In this document: positions 19,595 to 29,748 of the stretch, one piece after another
How positions within the stretch are numbered: position 1 is the stretch's first letter
How the letters are laid out: each line of letters begins with the position of its first letter
Source of the DNA: Mycoplasmatota bacterium
GTDB taxonomy: Bacteria; Bacillota_I; Bacilli_A; Haloplasmatales; Haloplasmataceae
DNA length: 32,000 bases
Direction: 5' to 3'
Assembly: GCA_018394295.1 (NCBI GenBank)
Contig: CP074573.1
Coordinates: 2,886,543-2,918,542 of the forward strand
Made by a program: the position numbers and the translations under genes
The notes under the pieces: model-generated
The model's database searches: none
The model's input: only the letters and a program-made list of their open reading frames with translations
Told to the model about the DNA's origin: nothing

Positions 19595-19609
19595 ATAAAC
19601 TGTGGATAA
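19569..19609. promoter_or_regulatory. DnaA-box trio in the noc-soj spacer
   Basis: TGTGGATAA at 19601-19609 is a perfect TTATCCACA on the minus strand. TGTGGAAAA at 19581-19589 and TTATCCACT at 19569-19577 each have one mismatch. Confidence 0.55.
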
Positions 19610-19610
19610 T

Positions 19611-20408
19611 TTACTTGGTTTTTGGAATCTTTATTTGGTAAATGTAAAATTCTTCATCTTCTAAATGATTAGTTTCTAATTCAATTCCTGATTGTTCTTT
19701 AATCATAAATATAGCGTGATTAATTGTATTAATCGCTATTCTAGCATCTTTCGATACTTTACTTATGATTTTACCTTTAGGTTTATTTTCTATATTTAAT
19801 ATTTTCTTTATACAATTTTCTGTTTCTTTTACAGTTAATTGTTTATCAATAATTTTATTCAACACTTGATATTGTTTATCTTCTTCTTTTAACATTAATA
19901 AAGCCCGTGCATGACGCTCTGTTATCTGTTTATTTAAAATACATTTTTGAATCTTAACTGGTAATTTTAACAACCTAATTTTATTCGCAATCGTAGATTG
20001 TGACTTCCCTAATTGATTGGCTAAATTCTCTTGTTTTAATTGATTAACTTCCATTAAAACTTTATATGCTTTCGCTTCTTCAATCGCAGTTAAATCTTCT
20101 CTTTGAATATTTTCTATTAAAGCAACAGATGCTGCATCTTCTTCATTTAAATCTTTTATAATTGCTGGTATTGTTTCTAAATTTAACGAAACACATGCCC
20201 GGTATCGTCTTTCTCCAGCTATTATTTCATATTGGTTATTGATAGTTCTTACAATAATTGGCTGTAAAACACCGTGGATTTTAATTGAAGCAGCTAATTC
20301 TTGAATTTTATCTACATCAAATATTGTTCTTGGCTGATTTTCATTAGTAATTATTTGTGTTAATTTAATGTGAACTATTTTCTCTTTATTATTTGAAAAT
20401 ATATTCAT
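19611..20408 (-). CDS. noc: Nucleoid occlusion protein (ParB paralogue)
   Basis: 265-aa ORF. ATG sits behind GGGGAG. ParB-like N-terminus (NQPRT...GVLQPIIV...GERRYRA), then GKSQSTIANKIRLLKLP and ITERHARALL, which closely resemble Bacillus Noc. Confidence 0.85.
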   Translation of the reverse strand: MNIFSNNKEKIVHIKLTQIITNENQPRTIFDVDKIQELAASIKIHGVLQPIIVRTINNQYEIIAGERRYRACVSLNLETIPAIIKDLNEEDAASVALIENIQREDLTAIEEAKAYKVLMEVNQLKQENLANQLGKSQSTIANKIRLLKLPVKIQKCILNKQITERHARALLMLKEEDKQYQVLNKIIDKQLTVKETENCIKKILNIENKPKGKIISKVSKDARIAINTINHAIFMIKEQSGIELETNHLEDEEFYIYQIKIPKTK

Positions 20409-20503
20409 GTTCTCATCTCCCCAAATGAATTTGAGTTACTATTATTATTATACGAATATTTTTTTGTCGAAAAATAATGAATTATGTTCTATATGTCAAA
20501 TTT

Positions 20504-21736
20504 TTACATGCTATTATTATATTCATCTTCTTCATCATTAATTTTCTTATTCTCATAAATATTTTTAATTATTTCTTCATTAGTAATAAAGAACTCTAAT
20601 ATTTCCTTACCAAATATTTCTTTGGCTTCATTAGATTTGAAATAGGCTAGAATCTGATCATGACTTAATTGATGAATATATGGCTTATCATTTCTTAAAT
20701 GTTCATATAAAAAGATAATACCTAAAATTTGAGTTTCAATAGACATATCAGGGTTCATAAATAATAAATCGTAATTTTTTATATCATTTATTTGATTTCT
20801 TTTTGAATTTTTATAAGTTATAGATAAAACTAAACTAATTAATTTAGTTAATTTATAGGTAGACATTTCTTCAAAATGACTTATTTCTTTTTTTAATTGG
20901 TAACTTCCTAAGCTTTTACCTAGTATTTTATGAGGGCTTCGATGTTTTTGTAAATTTAAATATCGTTCAATTTTTTCTTTTAAATCTTCTTTAATATAAA
21001 ATGATTCATTGATTAAATCCACATAATTAAATAATCTTTCTTTTGTTTCATCATTTACATATTGATCAGTATATGTGATTAATTCTTGATTTTTACCTAA
21101 TAGATCAAAAATTGTTTTATGATACTTTAATTCAACTTCTTTTTGAATATCTAATTGATCATATAAATCATCAATTTCTTTTTCATTATAAAAAGCTCTA
21201 GCTGCTTGTACTAATAAAATAAGTACTAAAATACTTTCATATAAATAAGGTGTTAAATTATTAATTAAATAATTTGCGTTATTATAATTAACTATCGCTT
21301 CATCATATTTAAAATTAATAATTGTACCAAAAACAAAAATGATTAAATAACCTAAACCTACTGCCTTTTTGTCTTTAAATACACCAATAATCGCAATACC
21401 TAAGTAAATTAACATATACGTTGCAGGATTCTGTACATTAATAAATATATTAATCATAACAACGATTGTACCAATTATGGATATGTACATTGCTAAATAT
21501 AATTGCTCATGACTATCCTTATTAATTAATATCGCATATGAAATAATTAGGTTAAGTACAAACACAGGTAAAACTAAGTTCAAAAAATTTATGAATGGCA
21601 TCCGATTAAATAATAAAATTAACGTCGCAATAAAATTTGACACAAACATCGTTAAATTTACTAAAACTATTCTTTTCTTTAATACCATCATCTGTTTTTC
21701 ATAAACTAATTCTTTATCTTCATATAAATAAGCCAA
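20504..21736 (-). CDS. Orphan polytopic membrane protein with a cytoplasmic C-terminal domain (possible degenerate HD-GYP-like fold)
   Basis: 410-aa ORF. TTG start at 21734-21736 sits 7 nt after AAGGTGG and 21 nt after the rsmG stop. About six hydrophobic helices in residues ~20-185, then a ~225-aa soluble region. No intact catalytic motif seen by eye. Confidence 0.6.
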   Translation of the reverse strand: MAYLYEDKELVYEKQMMVLKKRIVLVNLTMFVSNFIATLILLFNRMPFINFLNLVLPVFVLNLIISYAILINKDSHEQLYLAMYISIIGTIVVMINIFINVQNPATYMLIYLGIAIIGVFKDKKAVGLGYLIIFVFGTIINFKYDEAIVNYNNANYLINNLTPYLYESILVLILLVQAARAFYNEKEIDDLYDQLDIQKEVELKYHKTIFDLLGKNQELITYTDQYVNDETKERLFNYVDLINESFYIKEDLKEKIERYLNLQKHRSPHKILGKSLGSYQLKKEISHFEEMSTYKLTKLISLVLSITYKNSKRNQINDIKNYDLLFMNPDMSIETQILGIIFLYEHLRNDKPYIHQLSHDQILAYFKSNEAKEIFGKEILEFFITNEEIIKNIYENKKINDEEDEYNNSM

Positions 21737-21757
21737 AATAACACCACCTTACATTTA

Positions 21758-22465
21758 TTATAATGGTTTGTTTTTAATTTGACTATAGTTTCGGGGATAT
21801 TTATTAGGAGTTTTATGTTTTTTTGTAAAGATTAGGATGTTTCGTGAACCTCCATTTAATGGAAGAGAAAACTCATGAACTGCTTTTAGTTCACACCCTA
21901 AAGTTTTTATTGCATTTTTAGCTTCTTGCAACTCCTCATGACCTGTCTGCCCCTTCATTGCAATAAATTTACCATTCTCTCTTACTAGTGGAACACATAA
22001 TTCTGAAAGAATATTAAGTCTAGCTACAGCCCTTCCGGTTACAATATCATAACTTTCTCTATTGTTGACAGAAAATTCTTCTGCCCGACTATGAACCATG
22101 TTGACTTCATTTAAATCAAGTTTTTTGATTAAATGATTCAAAAACTGAATTCGTTTCCCCAAAGAATCAACAATTGTTATTTTTAAATCAGGTCTTACTA
22201 TTTTTAATGGTATACTTGGGAACCCAGCTCCTGCACCGACATCACATAATTTAAAATTTTCTTCTATAGAACAATAAAACAATAATGATAATGAATCATA
22301 AAAATGTTTTAAATACACCTCATCCTTATCTGTAATTGAGGTTAAATTCATTTTTTGATTATACTCAACTAATATTTCATAATATTGTTTGAATAAAGAA
22401 AGTTGTTTCTCATCGATTTCAACATTATGTTTCTTTAAATCCTGAATAAATTCTTTTTCATTCAT
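21758..22465 (-). CDS. rsmG: 16S rRNA (guanine527-N7)-methyltransferase
   Basis: ATG 22463-22465 sits 7 nt after AGGAG and overlaps the mnmG TGA stop by 8 nt. SAM-binding motif [15 protein letters not shown]. About 235 aa. Confidence 0.92.
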   Translation of the reverse strand: MNEKEFIQDLKKHNVEIDEKQLSLFKQYYEILVEYNQKMNLTSITDKDEVYLKHFYDSLSLLFYCSIEENFKLCDVGAGAGFPSIPLKIVRPDLKITIVDSLGKRIQFLNHLIKKLDLNEVNMVHSRAEEFSVNNRESYDIVTGRAVARLNILSELCVPLVRENGKFIAMKGQTGHEELQEAKNAIKTLGCELKAVHEFSLPLNGGSRNILIFTKKHKTPNKYPRNYSQIKNKPL

Positions 22466-24347
22466 CAATGTTCTCCTTACTTCTTCGGTTATAGGTCTCT
22501 AAATAAACCATTAAAATTGAGATGTCACTTGGATTTACACCTGAAATTCTTTGTGCTTGTCCTATCGTAAGCGGTCGAATTTTATTTAATTTTTGTTTTG
22601 CTTCTATAGCTAAGTTTGGTATTTTATGATAATCAATCAATTGTGGTATGATTCTTTGTTCTAATTTATTCATTTTTTCAACTTGTGCTGACATCTTGCG
22701 AATATAACCAGCATATTTGACTTGTATTTCTATTTGTTGGATTTCTTCTTTCGAAAGGGTTGAACGTTCATTTAACAACGACATAAGATGTTGATATTTA
22801 ATCTCTGGTCGTTTTAATAAATTCAATGGTGTAATCCCATCTTTTAAAGGTGCTGAATTAATACCAATTAAATAATCATTTACTACTTGTGTTGGATTAA
22901 TTTTTAAACTATCTAGTCGTTTTTTTTCTGTTTCAATATGTGTTAATTTTTGTTTGAATTTTAAATATCTGTTTTCATCAATTAGACCCATTTGATATCC
23001 ATACTCACGTAAACGTATATCAGCATTATCATGTCTCAAAAGTAATCGATACTCAGCACGAGAAGTCAATAAACGATATGGCTCATGCGTTCCTTTAGTA
23101 ACAAGGTCATCAATCATTACACCAATATATGCTTCATTTCGTTTTAAAACAAATGGTTCTTTCCCTTGAATTTTTAATGTGGCATTGATTCCAGCCATAA
23201 TACCTTGTCCTGCAGCTTCTTCATACCCACTTGTTCCATTGACTTGACCAGCAAAATAAAACCCTTTGATCAATTTTGATTCTAATGTAGGCCATAATTG
23301 TGTTGGATCGATTGCGTCATACTCAATTGCATAAGCATAACGAACAATCTTACAATTTTCTAACCCTGGAATTGTGTGTATCATTTCATCTTGAACTTCT
23401 TTAGGCAAACTTGTTGAAAATCCTTGAACATATATTTCTGGAATGTGCAAACTTTCTGGTTCTAGAAAGATTTGATGACGTGGTTTATCATTAAAACGTA
23501 CGATTTTATCTTCAATTGAAGGACAATAACGTGGTCCTTTACTTTCAATTTTTTCAATCGCACCATACATTGATGATTTATTAAGATTACTTAAAATAAT
23601 TTCATGTGTATCTAAATTTGTATAAGTTAAATAACAAGGTACTTGGGCTTCAAGTGGTTTATAATCAGTCGTATCAAAACTAAATGCATGGTATTCCATA
23701 TCACCTGGTTGTATTTCTGTTTTTTCATAATTAACACTATCAATAGCGACTCTTGGAGGGGTTCCAGTCTTCAATCTCATTGTTTTAAAGCCCAATCTTC
23801 TTAAGTTATCTGACAACCCAAGTGATGGTTTTTCATCATCTGGACCACTTGACCAAATTTCACTACTAAGCATAATTTTTGACTGCATATAGGTACCTGC
23901 GGTAAGAATTACTGCTTTTGCGAGATACTTCTTATTATTTTCTAATACAATTCCTTTTATAACATTATCCTCAACAATCAAATCATCTACCATATCTTCT
24001 AATATCGTTAAATTTTCTTGATTTAGCAATGTTTCTTGCATGTTTTTAGGGTAATCTACTTTGTCAGCTTGAGCTCTTAATGCTTGTACACCCGGACCTT
24101 TTCCTGTATTTAGTAGACGCATTTGAATATGTGACTTATCTGTATTTCTTCCCATTTCGCCACCTAAAGCATCAATTTCTCTTACAACAATCCCTTTTGC
24201 AGGACCTCCTATTGAAGGATTACATGGCATATGAGCAATTTTAGATATGTTACCTGTGATTAATAAGGTCTTTAACCCCATTCTAGCTGGGGCTAGGGAT
24301 GCTTCACATCCAGCATGACCGCCACCTATTACGATGATATCATACAT
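22458..24347 (-). CDS. mnmG: tRNA uridine 5-carboxymethylaminomethyl modification enzyme MnmG (GidA)
   Basis: The track ORF extends to 24392 with no SD. ATG 24345-24347 follows AAGGAGGA and gives [16 protein letters not shown], the canonical MnmG N-terminus. 629 aa. Confidence 0.95.
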   Translation of the reverse strand: MYDIIVIGGGHAGCEASLAPARMGLKTLLITGNISKIAHMPCNPSIGGPAKGIVVREIDALGGEMGRNTDKSHIQMRLLNTGKGPGVQALRAQADKVDYPKNMQETLLNQENLTILEDMVDDLIVEDNVIKGIVLENNKKYLAKAVILTAGTYMQSKIMLSSEIWSSGPDDEKPSLGLSDNLRRLGFKTMRLKTGTPPRVAIDSVNYEKTEIQPGDMEYHAFSFDTTDYKPLEAQVPCYLTYTNLDTHEIILSNLNKSSMYGAIEKIESKGPRYCPSIEDKIVRFNDKPRHQIFLEPESLHIPEIYVQGFSTSLPKEVQDEMIHTIPGLENCKIVRYAYAIEYDAIDPTQLWPTLESKLIKGFYFAGQVNGTSGYEEAAGQGIMAGINATLKIQGKEPFVLKRNEAYIGVMIDDLVTKGTHEPYRLLTSRAEYRLLLRHDNADIRLREYGYQMGLIDENRYLKFKQKLTHIETEKKRLDSLKINPTQVVNDYLIGINSAPLKDGITPLNLLKRPEIKYQHLMSLLNERSTLSKEEIQQIEIQVKYAGYIRKMSAQVEKMNKLEQRIIPQLIDYHKIPNLAIEAKQKLNKIRPLTIGQAQRISGVNPSDISILMVYLETYNRRSKENIDE

Positions 24348-24581
24348 AAACTCATGTTCCTCCTTTATAATATTAAACTTATTTATTATCATATAATATT
24401 ATTTTACCATAATTGGTATTTTTATATCACCATTTCCAACATTTAATTATTCTAACACGATTTAGTTTTATTGTAAAATAATTACTACATTAAAAACATA
24501 AATTTTATATTGAATTTACTCACTATTTTTATATTATTCTCAACTAATGTATTATCATTAATTAAAATTCAGTTAAAGAAA

Positions 24582-24604
24582 AAAACCGCAAAGTATGCGG
24601 TTTT
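24582..24604 (-). terminator. Intrinsic terminator of asnS
   Basis: Minus strand: AAAACCGCA-UACUU-UGCGGUUUU followed by UUUCUUU. The stem overlaps the asnS TAA stop. Confidence 0.7.
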
Positions 24605-25994
24605 AAAATTCACAATTATTCGGAGTTCTTGGAAATGGAATGACATCACGAATATTTTCAATACCTGTTAGATACATTAACATACGTTCAAATCCTAAAC
24701 CATAACCTGCATGCTTAACACCACCATATTTACGTAAGTCTAAATACCAATCTAGTTCTGCTTTAGGAATCCCAATTTCATCCATTCGTTTTACTAGTAC
24801 ATCATATCGTTCTTCACGTTGAGACCCGCCAATTAGTTCTCCTACACCTGGAACTAAAAGATCACATGCAGCCACTGTTTTTAAATCATCATTTAAACGC
24901 ATATAAAAAGCCTTAATATCTTTTGGATAATTTACAATAAATACAGGGGCTTTAAAATATTCATCAGTTAAATAACGCTCATGCTCACTTGCTAAATCTA
25001 TTCCCCATTTTACTTCATTTTCAAAATTTATCTTTGCTTTTTTTAGAATTTCGATAGCTTCTGTATATTCACAACGATGGAACTTGCTTTTTAATAATGT
25101 ATTCAAACGATTTAATAATCCTTTTTGAACAAATTGATTAAAAAACTTCATTTCTTCAGGTGCTTTCTCTAAAACATATTGAATAATATATTTTACCATA
25201 TCTTCTGCTAGGTTCATATCATCATCTAAATCTGCAAACGCAATTTCTGGTTCTATCATCCAGAATTCAGCTGCATGCTTATAAGTATTAGAATTTTCAG
25301 CTCGGAAGGTAGGACCAAATGTATAAACATCTCTAAAAGCCAAAGCAAATGCTTCTGCCTCTAATTGTCCTGTTACCGTTAAATTTGTAGATTTTCCAAA
25401 GAAATCTTGTTTAAAATCTACTTCTTTATTTTCATCAAGAGGGAGTTGTTTCATATCTAAATTCGTTACAGCAAATGTTTCTCCTGCTCCTTCAGCATCA
25501 GATGCTGTAATTAATGGAGAGTGCATATAGATAAAACCTTTATCTTGAAAGAAAGTATGAATTGCATGAGCAGTGATAGATCGCACTCTAAAAACTGCAC
25601 TAAACAGATTCGTACGTGGTCTTAAATGAGCTACTTCTCTTAAAAACTCTTTTGAATGGCGTTTAGGCTGAATCGGATAATCTTCTAAACTATCTCCTTC
25701 TAAGAATACTTTCGTTGCTTTAATTTCAAATGGTTGTTTAGCTTGTGGGGTTAGAACAATTTGTCCTATTACTTTTACCGCAGCTCCCACACGGAATTTT
25801 TGGATATCTTTAAAGTTTTCTAAAGATTGTTCATATACAATTTGAACAGTTTCAAAGAAGGTTCCATCATTCACCATTAAAAATCCAAATTGTTTTTGAG
25901 CTCTGTTGTTTCTTATCCATCCTGATAATTCAATCGTTGAATCTTGATATTTTTCAATATCTCGATGTAACTGTCTTACGACTATTTGTTTCAT
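24603..25994 (-). CDS. asnS: Asparagine-tRNA ligase
   Basis: 463-aa ORF. ATG sits 6 nt after GAGGAGGA. N-terminal OB-fold anticodon-binding region and class IIb catalytic core ([28 protein letters not shown]). Confidence 0.95.
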   Translation of the reverse strand: MKQIVVRQLHRDIEKYQDSTIELSGWIRNNRAQKQFGFLMVNDGTFFETVQIVYEQSLENFKDIQKFRVGAAVKVIGQIVLTPQAKQPFEIKATKVFLEGDSLEDYPIQPKRHSKEFLREVAHLRPRTNLFSAVFRVRSITAHAIHTFFQDKGFIYMHSPLITASDAEGAGETFAVTNLDMKQLPLDENKEVDFKQDFFGKSTNLTVTGQLEAEAFALAFRDVYTFGPTFRAENSNTYKHAAEFWMIEPEIAFADLDDDMNLAEDMVKYIIQYVLEKAPEEMKFFNQFVQKGLLNRLNTLLKSKFHRCEYTEAIEILKKAKINFENEVKWGIDLASEHERYLTDEYFKAPVFIVNYPKDIKAFYMRLNDDLKTVAACDLLVPGVGELIGGSQREERYDVLVKRMDEIGIPKAELDWYLDLRKYGGVKHAGYGLGFERMLMYLTGIENIRDVIPFPRTPNNCEF

Positions 25995-27231
25995 TTTCTT
26001 CCTCCTCGTTTAATTTAGTATATGATAACTCATCAAGCTTAACTTCAATATCTGCTTTAGATATCGAGTCAAAATGTTTTTCTATTTTATGAGATGTTGT
26101 ATGTAAATCTTTAACGTTTTTTGAAACTTGATCTATGCTTCTTGAAAGTTTATCCCATCTATCCTTATATCTTTTAAACTCTGTACCTAATTTATTCAAT
26201 TCTTCATGAATAATCGCTGAATATTTATCACGTTCAATATTTTGTAGAATCACTTGGACTGTTGTTAATAGAAACATTAATGTTGTGGGAGATGCAATCC
26301 ATACATGCGCTTTTTGTGAATAGTTAATTAAATCTGAATGATAGGCATTAATTTCAGCAAATATTGCTTCAGCTGGAATAAACATGATCGCTGAATCTGA
26401 TGTTTCATTATAAATAATATATTTATTTTTAATATCATCAATATGTTTTTTTACATCTTGTTTAAATCTTTTTTTATTCTCATTTTTTTCTTCTAGACTC
26501 AAATTATTATCCATCATTTTTTTATAATTTTCTAGAGGGAATTTTGAGTCAATACATATATTTCCGAGTGGTTCTGGTGTATATAGAATAGCATCGGTAA
26601 TTTTACCATTACTTAATTTTTTTTGTAATTCATAAACTTTAGAATTATGCTCCCCAAATGTTGAAATTAATATTTGTTTTAATTGTATTTCCCCAAAAGT
26701 TCCTCTTGATTTTTTATCTGTTAATACTTCTTGTAAGGAAATAATATTCGTGGAAAGACTCTCAATTTTTCTTTGGGCTTCATCTATTTTACTAATTCGT
26801 TCTAAAATATTATTGAAGGTTTTTGTCGTCTTTTCAAACCCTTCATTTAATCTTAACTCAACTTTATTATTAATTTGATCTAAACTATCTGAAATATTAC
26901 GATTTAAATTTTCAAATAATTGATACATTTCTTTTTGTAGTTGATCTTTAAATCCATATAAATCAGTGTTCATCTTATTATGTAATGATAAAAATTCTTT
27001 AATAGTTTGTTCATTATATCTATTTATATTTATCACTATATTTTCTCTTAAATTTGAAAAATCTTCAGATAATGATTTTTGAATATTCAAAAACTGTGTT
27101 TGTTGATGAAATTTAAAATCATTCATCTCTTTTATAAATTGCTCATCATTTTCTTTTATCAAAAAGAATTTTATGACAATATAAAGATTTAATAAACAAA
27201 GAAAGCTTAATAAGCTAATTACGATAATCAT
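25954..27231 (-). CDS. rmuC: DNA recombination protein RmuC
   Basis: The track ORF extends to 27279. ATG 27229-27231 sits 6 nt after GGGAG. N-terminal TM helix, long coiled-coil, then RmuC core motifs ([34 protein letters not shown]). The last 41 nt overlap asnS. Confidence 0.88.
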   Translation of the reverse strand: MIIVISLLSFLCLLNLYIVIKFFLIKENDEQFIKEMNDFKFHQQTQFLNIQKSLSEDFSNLRENIVININRYNEQTIKEFLSLHNKMNTDLYGFKDQLQKEMYQLFENLNRNISDSLDQINNKVELRLNEGFEKTTKTFNNILERISKIDEAQRKIESLSTNIISLQEVLTDKKSRGTFGEIQLKQILISTFGEHNSKVYELQKKLSNGKITDAILYTPEPLGNICIDSKFPLENYKKMMDNNLSLEEKNENKKRFKQDVKKHIDDIKNKYIIYNETSDSAIMFIPAEAIFAEINAYHSDLINYSQKAHVWIASPTTLMFLLTTVQVILQNIERDKYSAIIHEELNKLGTEFKRYKDRWDKLSRSIDQVSKNVKDLHTTSHKIEKHFDSISKADIEVKLDELSYTKLNEEEENETNSRKTVTSRY

Positions 27232-27317
27232 ATCAACTCCCAAAACATCACCACCTTTTAATTTTATACTTACTATCAAAACCGGATAAATAGTCTAGTT
27301 ATGATATTATGAAAAAC

Positions 27318-27562
27318 AAAAAAACAGCCAATCGTGTAAGGGACGAATGACTGTTATCCGCGGTACCACCCTGTTTGTCTTATAGACCTCTTAGGTATTC
27401 CTTTTTAACGGTAGGACTTCCGTCTTATTCTACTCTTAAAAAATTTCGATAAGAAACTCCGAGGTGTTCTTCTCTTTTAAATCTGTAATCGGCTCTCATC
27501 ATCCCGACTTTGCTGTATCGACCATTAAAAGATACTCTCCTCATCAATGCTATTTAATATAT
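27318..27562 (-). promoter_or_regulatory. T-box riboswitch leader with Asn (AAC) specifier
   Basis: Minus strand: Stem I start UUGAUGAGGAGAGUA; helix UCUUUUAA/UUAAAAGA; specifier loop GAAG-AAC-A (AAC at 27466-27468) closed by CCUC:GAGG; T-box motif AACAGGGUGGUACCGCGG (core at 27359-27371). Terminator ACAGUCAUUCG-N9-CGAUUGGCUGU plus U7 (27318-27354). Confidence 0.85.
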
Positions 27563-27568
27563 AGATAA

Positions 27569-27597
27569 TATATACACTATTTTTTTTGAAATGTCAA
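27569..27597 (-). promoter_or_regulatory. Putative sigma-A promoter of the T-box leader
   Basis: Minus strand: consensus TTGACA (27592-27597), 17 nt, TATATA (27569-27574). It lies 54 nt after the mnmE stop. Confidence 0.5.
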
Positions 27598-27650
27598 CCA
27601 TTTACTTAAATTGTTTGTTCTATTATTTCTTTTACTAGTTAATACATCGT

Positions 27651-29009
27651 CTATTTACCTAAACAAAACTTACTAAATAATTCATTAATCAAACTATCCC
27701 CTACTTCTTCTCCTAATATTTCACCTAAATAAACCCATGCTTCTTTTACATCAATTTCAATCATATCAACTGGCATTTCATCATCAATTGATTGTAGTGC
27801 ATCAACTAACGATTTTCGAGCATTTTTTAATTTCGCAATATGTCTACTATTTGATAAATAAGTCATATCTTTATTCTTAATATCACCTAATTCAAATAAT
27901 TTAATTATTTCTTTTTCAATTAACCTAATTCCTTTATCATTTAACATCGATGTTTCAATATAATGATTTAATTTACTCTTATCAATTTTAGAAACTAAAT
28001 CAACTTTATTTATAATAATAATTCTTTTTTTATGTTTTGTTAATTGTAGTAAATCAATATCATCTTCTGTTAGACTTTCACTATTATTTAACACTAATAG
28101 TATTAATTCTGCTTCATAAATTACTTTACGCGTTCTTTCTACACCAATAGCCTCAACGATATCTTTTGTTTCTCTAACACCCGCAGTATCAATTAAGTTT
28201 AATGTAATACCACCAATATTTATATATCCCTCTATTAAATCTCGAGTAGTTCCAGCAACTTCTGTCACAATGGCTTTTTCTTCTCGCATTAATTTGTTTA
28301 ATAAACTTGATTTACCAACATTAGGTCTTCCAACAATGACTGTTTTAATTCCATCACGAATTATTTTTCCAGTTTTAGCAATATCTAAAATATCATTCAT
28401 TTCAGTAATGACTTGATTTATTTTTGGTTTTAAAATTTGATTAGAAACAACAACCGCATCATCATATTCTGGATAATCAATATTTACTTCAATATTTGCG
28501 ATAACTGTTAATATTTCTTCTCGCAATTTTTTTATTAAATCAGATACTTGACCATCTAAACCATTAACAGCAATATTCAAAGATTCTTCAGTTTTTGCGT
28601 TAATTAAATCCATCACAGATTCTGCTTGTGCTAAATCAATTCTTTTATTTAAAAATGCTCTTTTAGTAAATTCTCCTGGTTCTGCTAACCTAGTTCCCTG
28701 TGTCAATAATATTTCAAGTATTTTATTTGTGACAAATACACCTCCATGACAATTAATTTCAACAATATCTTCTGTTGTATATGTTCTTGGAGCTTTCATC
28801 ACAGATACTAAAACTTCATCAATAACAGATTGATCTTCGGGGTTGATAATATGTCCATAATTTATCGTATGAGATTTTACTGTACATAAATTCTTACCCT
28901 TATATACCTGATTGACAATTTCTATTGCTTGTTTACCACTTAACCTAATAATTGATATAGCACCCTCTCCTAAAGCAGTTGATATCGCAATAATTGTATC
29001 ATCAAACAT
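27651..29009 (-). CDS. mnmE: tRNA modification GTPase MnmE (TrmE/ThdF)
   Basis: 452-aa ORF. ATG sits behind AGGTGA. G1 motif GRPNVGKSSLLN, then DTAGVRET, and the C-terminal CLGK tetrapeptide typical of MnmE. Confidence 0.95.
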   Translation of the reverse strand: MFDDTIIAISTALGEGAISIIRLSGKQAIEIVNQVYKGKNLCTVKSHTINYGHIINPEDQSVIDEVLVSVMKAPRTYTTEDIVEINCHGGVFVTNKILEILLTQGTRLAEPGEFTKRAFLNKRIDLAQAESVMDLINAKTEESLNIAVNGLDGQVSDLIKKLREEILTVIANIEVNIDYPEYDDAVVVSNQILKPKINQVITEMNDILDIAKTGKIIRDGIKTVIVGRPNVGKSSLLNKLMREEKAIVTEVAGTTRDLIEGYINIGGITLNLIDTAGVRETKDIVEAIGVERTRKVIYEAELILLVLNNSESLTEDDIDLLQLTKHKKRIIIINKVDLVSKIDKSKLNHYIETSMLNDKGIRLIEKEIIKLFELGDIKNKDMTYLSNSRHIAKLKNARKSLVDALQSIDDEMPVDMIEIDVKEAWVYLGEILGEEVGDSLINELFSKFCLGK

Positions 29010-29066
29010 TATTTCACCTTCTTTTTTTTATAGTATCGTGTATTTTTATTGATTTTATTTAAAAAT

Positions 29067-29094
29067 AAAACTGCATCATCTTAGATGCAGTTTT
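29067..29094 (-). terminator. Intrinsic terminator of jag
   Basis: Minus strand: AAAACUGCAUC-UAAGAU-GAUGCAGUUUU followed by AUUUUU, 3 nt after the jag stop. Confidence 0.7.
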
Positions 29095-29097
29095 TAA

Positions 29098-29712
29098 TTA
29101 TCTTCTTTTAGGTTTAATTATTAAAGAACGATGTGGTTCTTCTCCAACTGATTCAGTATATACATCTCGCCACTCTGATAATTTTGTATGAATGATTCTC
29201 CGTTCATACGAATTCATCGGATCTAATTTAACTTCAATTTTAGTTCTTGCAACTTCTTTAGCAACTTTTGTTGCGATAATTTCTAACTGCATTTTACGTT
29301 TTTGTTTATAGCCGCCAACATCTACAACAGATATAATTCTTTCATCAGAATATCGACTAATCACATGTCTAGTAACGAATTGAAGTGCATCGATTGTACT
29401 ACCTTCTCGTCCAATAAGTAATGGATTATTATCACTATAAATATTATACTTTACTTGATTTTTATTAGTTATCATTTCGATTTTTGCATCTATACCCATC
29501 TCTTTGATAACTTCTTTTAGGTACTTAAGTCCTTCTTCAGTTGGATTTACATTAAGAGAAACTGAAGCAGTAATTGAAGATCCTATTCCAAAAAAGCCTT
29601 TTTTCTCATTAGTAACATCAATTATCAATTTTTCTTCAGGTACTTTAAAGATTTCAATCGCTTTATTTTTAACTTCCTCGATATTTTTACCTTCAATTAT
29701 CTTTTTTCTCAT
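29098..29712 (-). CDS. jag: RNA-binding protein Jag/KhpB (Jag_N, KH, R3H domains)
   Basis: 204-aa ORF in the conserved position after yidC. R3H-type C-terminus (MNSYERRIIHTKLSEW) and a KH-like middle region. Confidence 0.88.
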   Translation of the reverse strand: MRKKIIEGKNIEEVKNKAIEIFKVPEEKLIIDVTNEKKGFFGIGSSITASVSLNVNPTEEGLKYLKEVIKEMGIDAKIEMITNKNQVKYNIYSDNNPLLIGREGSTIDALQFVTRHVISRYSDERIISVVDVGGYKQKRKMQLEIIATKVAKEVARTKIEVKLDPMNSYERRIIHTKLSEWRDVYTESVGEEPHRSLIIKPKRR

Positions 29713-29748
29713 TATTTGTACCCCACTTTCTTAATGGTTTATTTAAAA

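Noticed and set aside
17847-20408. DNA-level similarity between spo0J and noc, considered as a repeat or duplication hallmark of a mobile element
   Set aside because: This is the well-known ParB/Noc paralogue pair at its canonical chromosomal position. There are no flanking inverted or direct repeats or mobility genes.
5472-27279. N-terminal extensions of track ORFs (5472-5537, 6016-6075, 10287-10310, 13548-13595, 15232-15303, 17600-17680, 24348-24392, 27232-27279, 30956-30973)
   Set aside because: The extensions overlap upstream genes or terminators and lack an SD. Each also adds residues not seen at the N-termini of the family. In every case an internal start with a well-spaced GGAG-type SD is available.
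906-29734. All plus-strand track ORFs of 61-83 aa lying inside minus-strand genes (906-1151, 1921-2115, 2663-2860, 3157-3345, 3488-3721, 7331-7555, 7657-7842, 8430-8633, 9989-10177, 13043-13294, 13961-14212, 17656-17850, 29504-29734)
   Set aside because: They are antisense to long genes with clear homology. They lack Shine-Dalgarno sequences and have the low-complexity I/F/L/S/N-rich composition expected from reading AT-rich coding DNA backwards.
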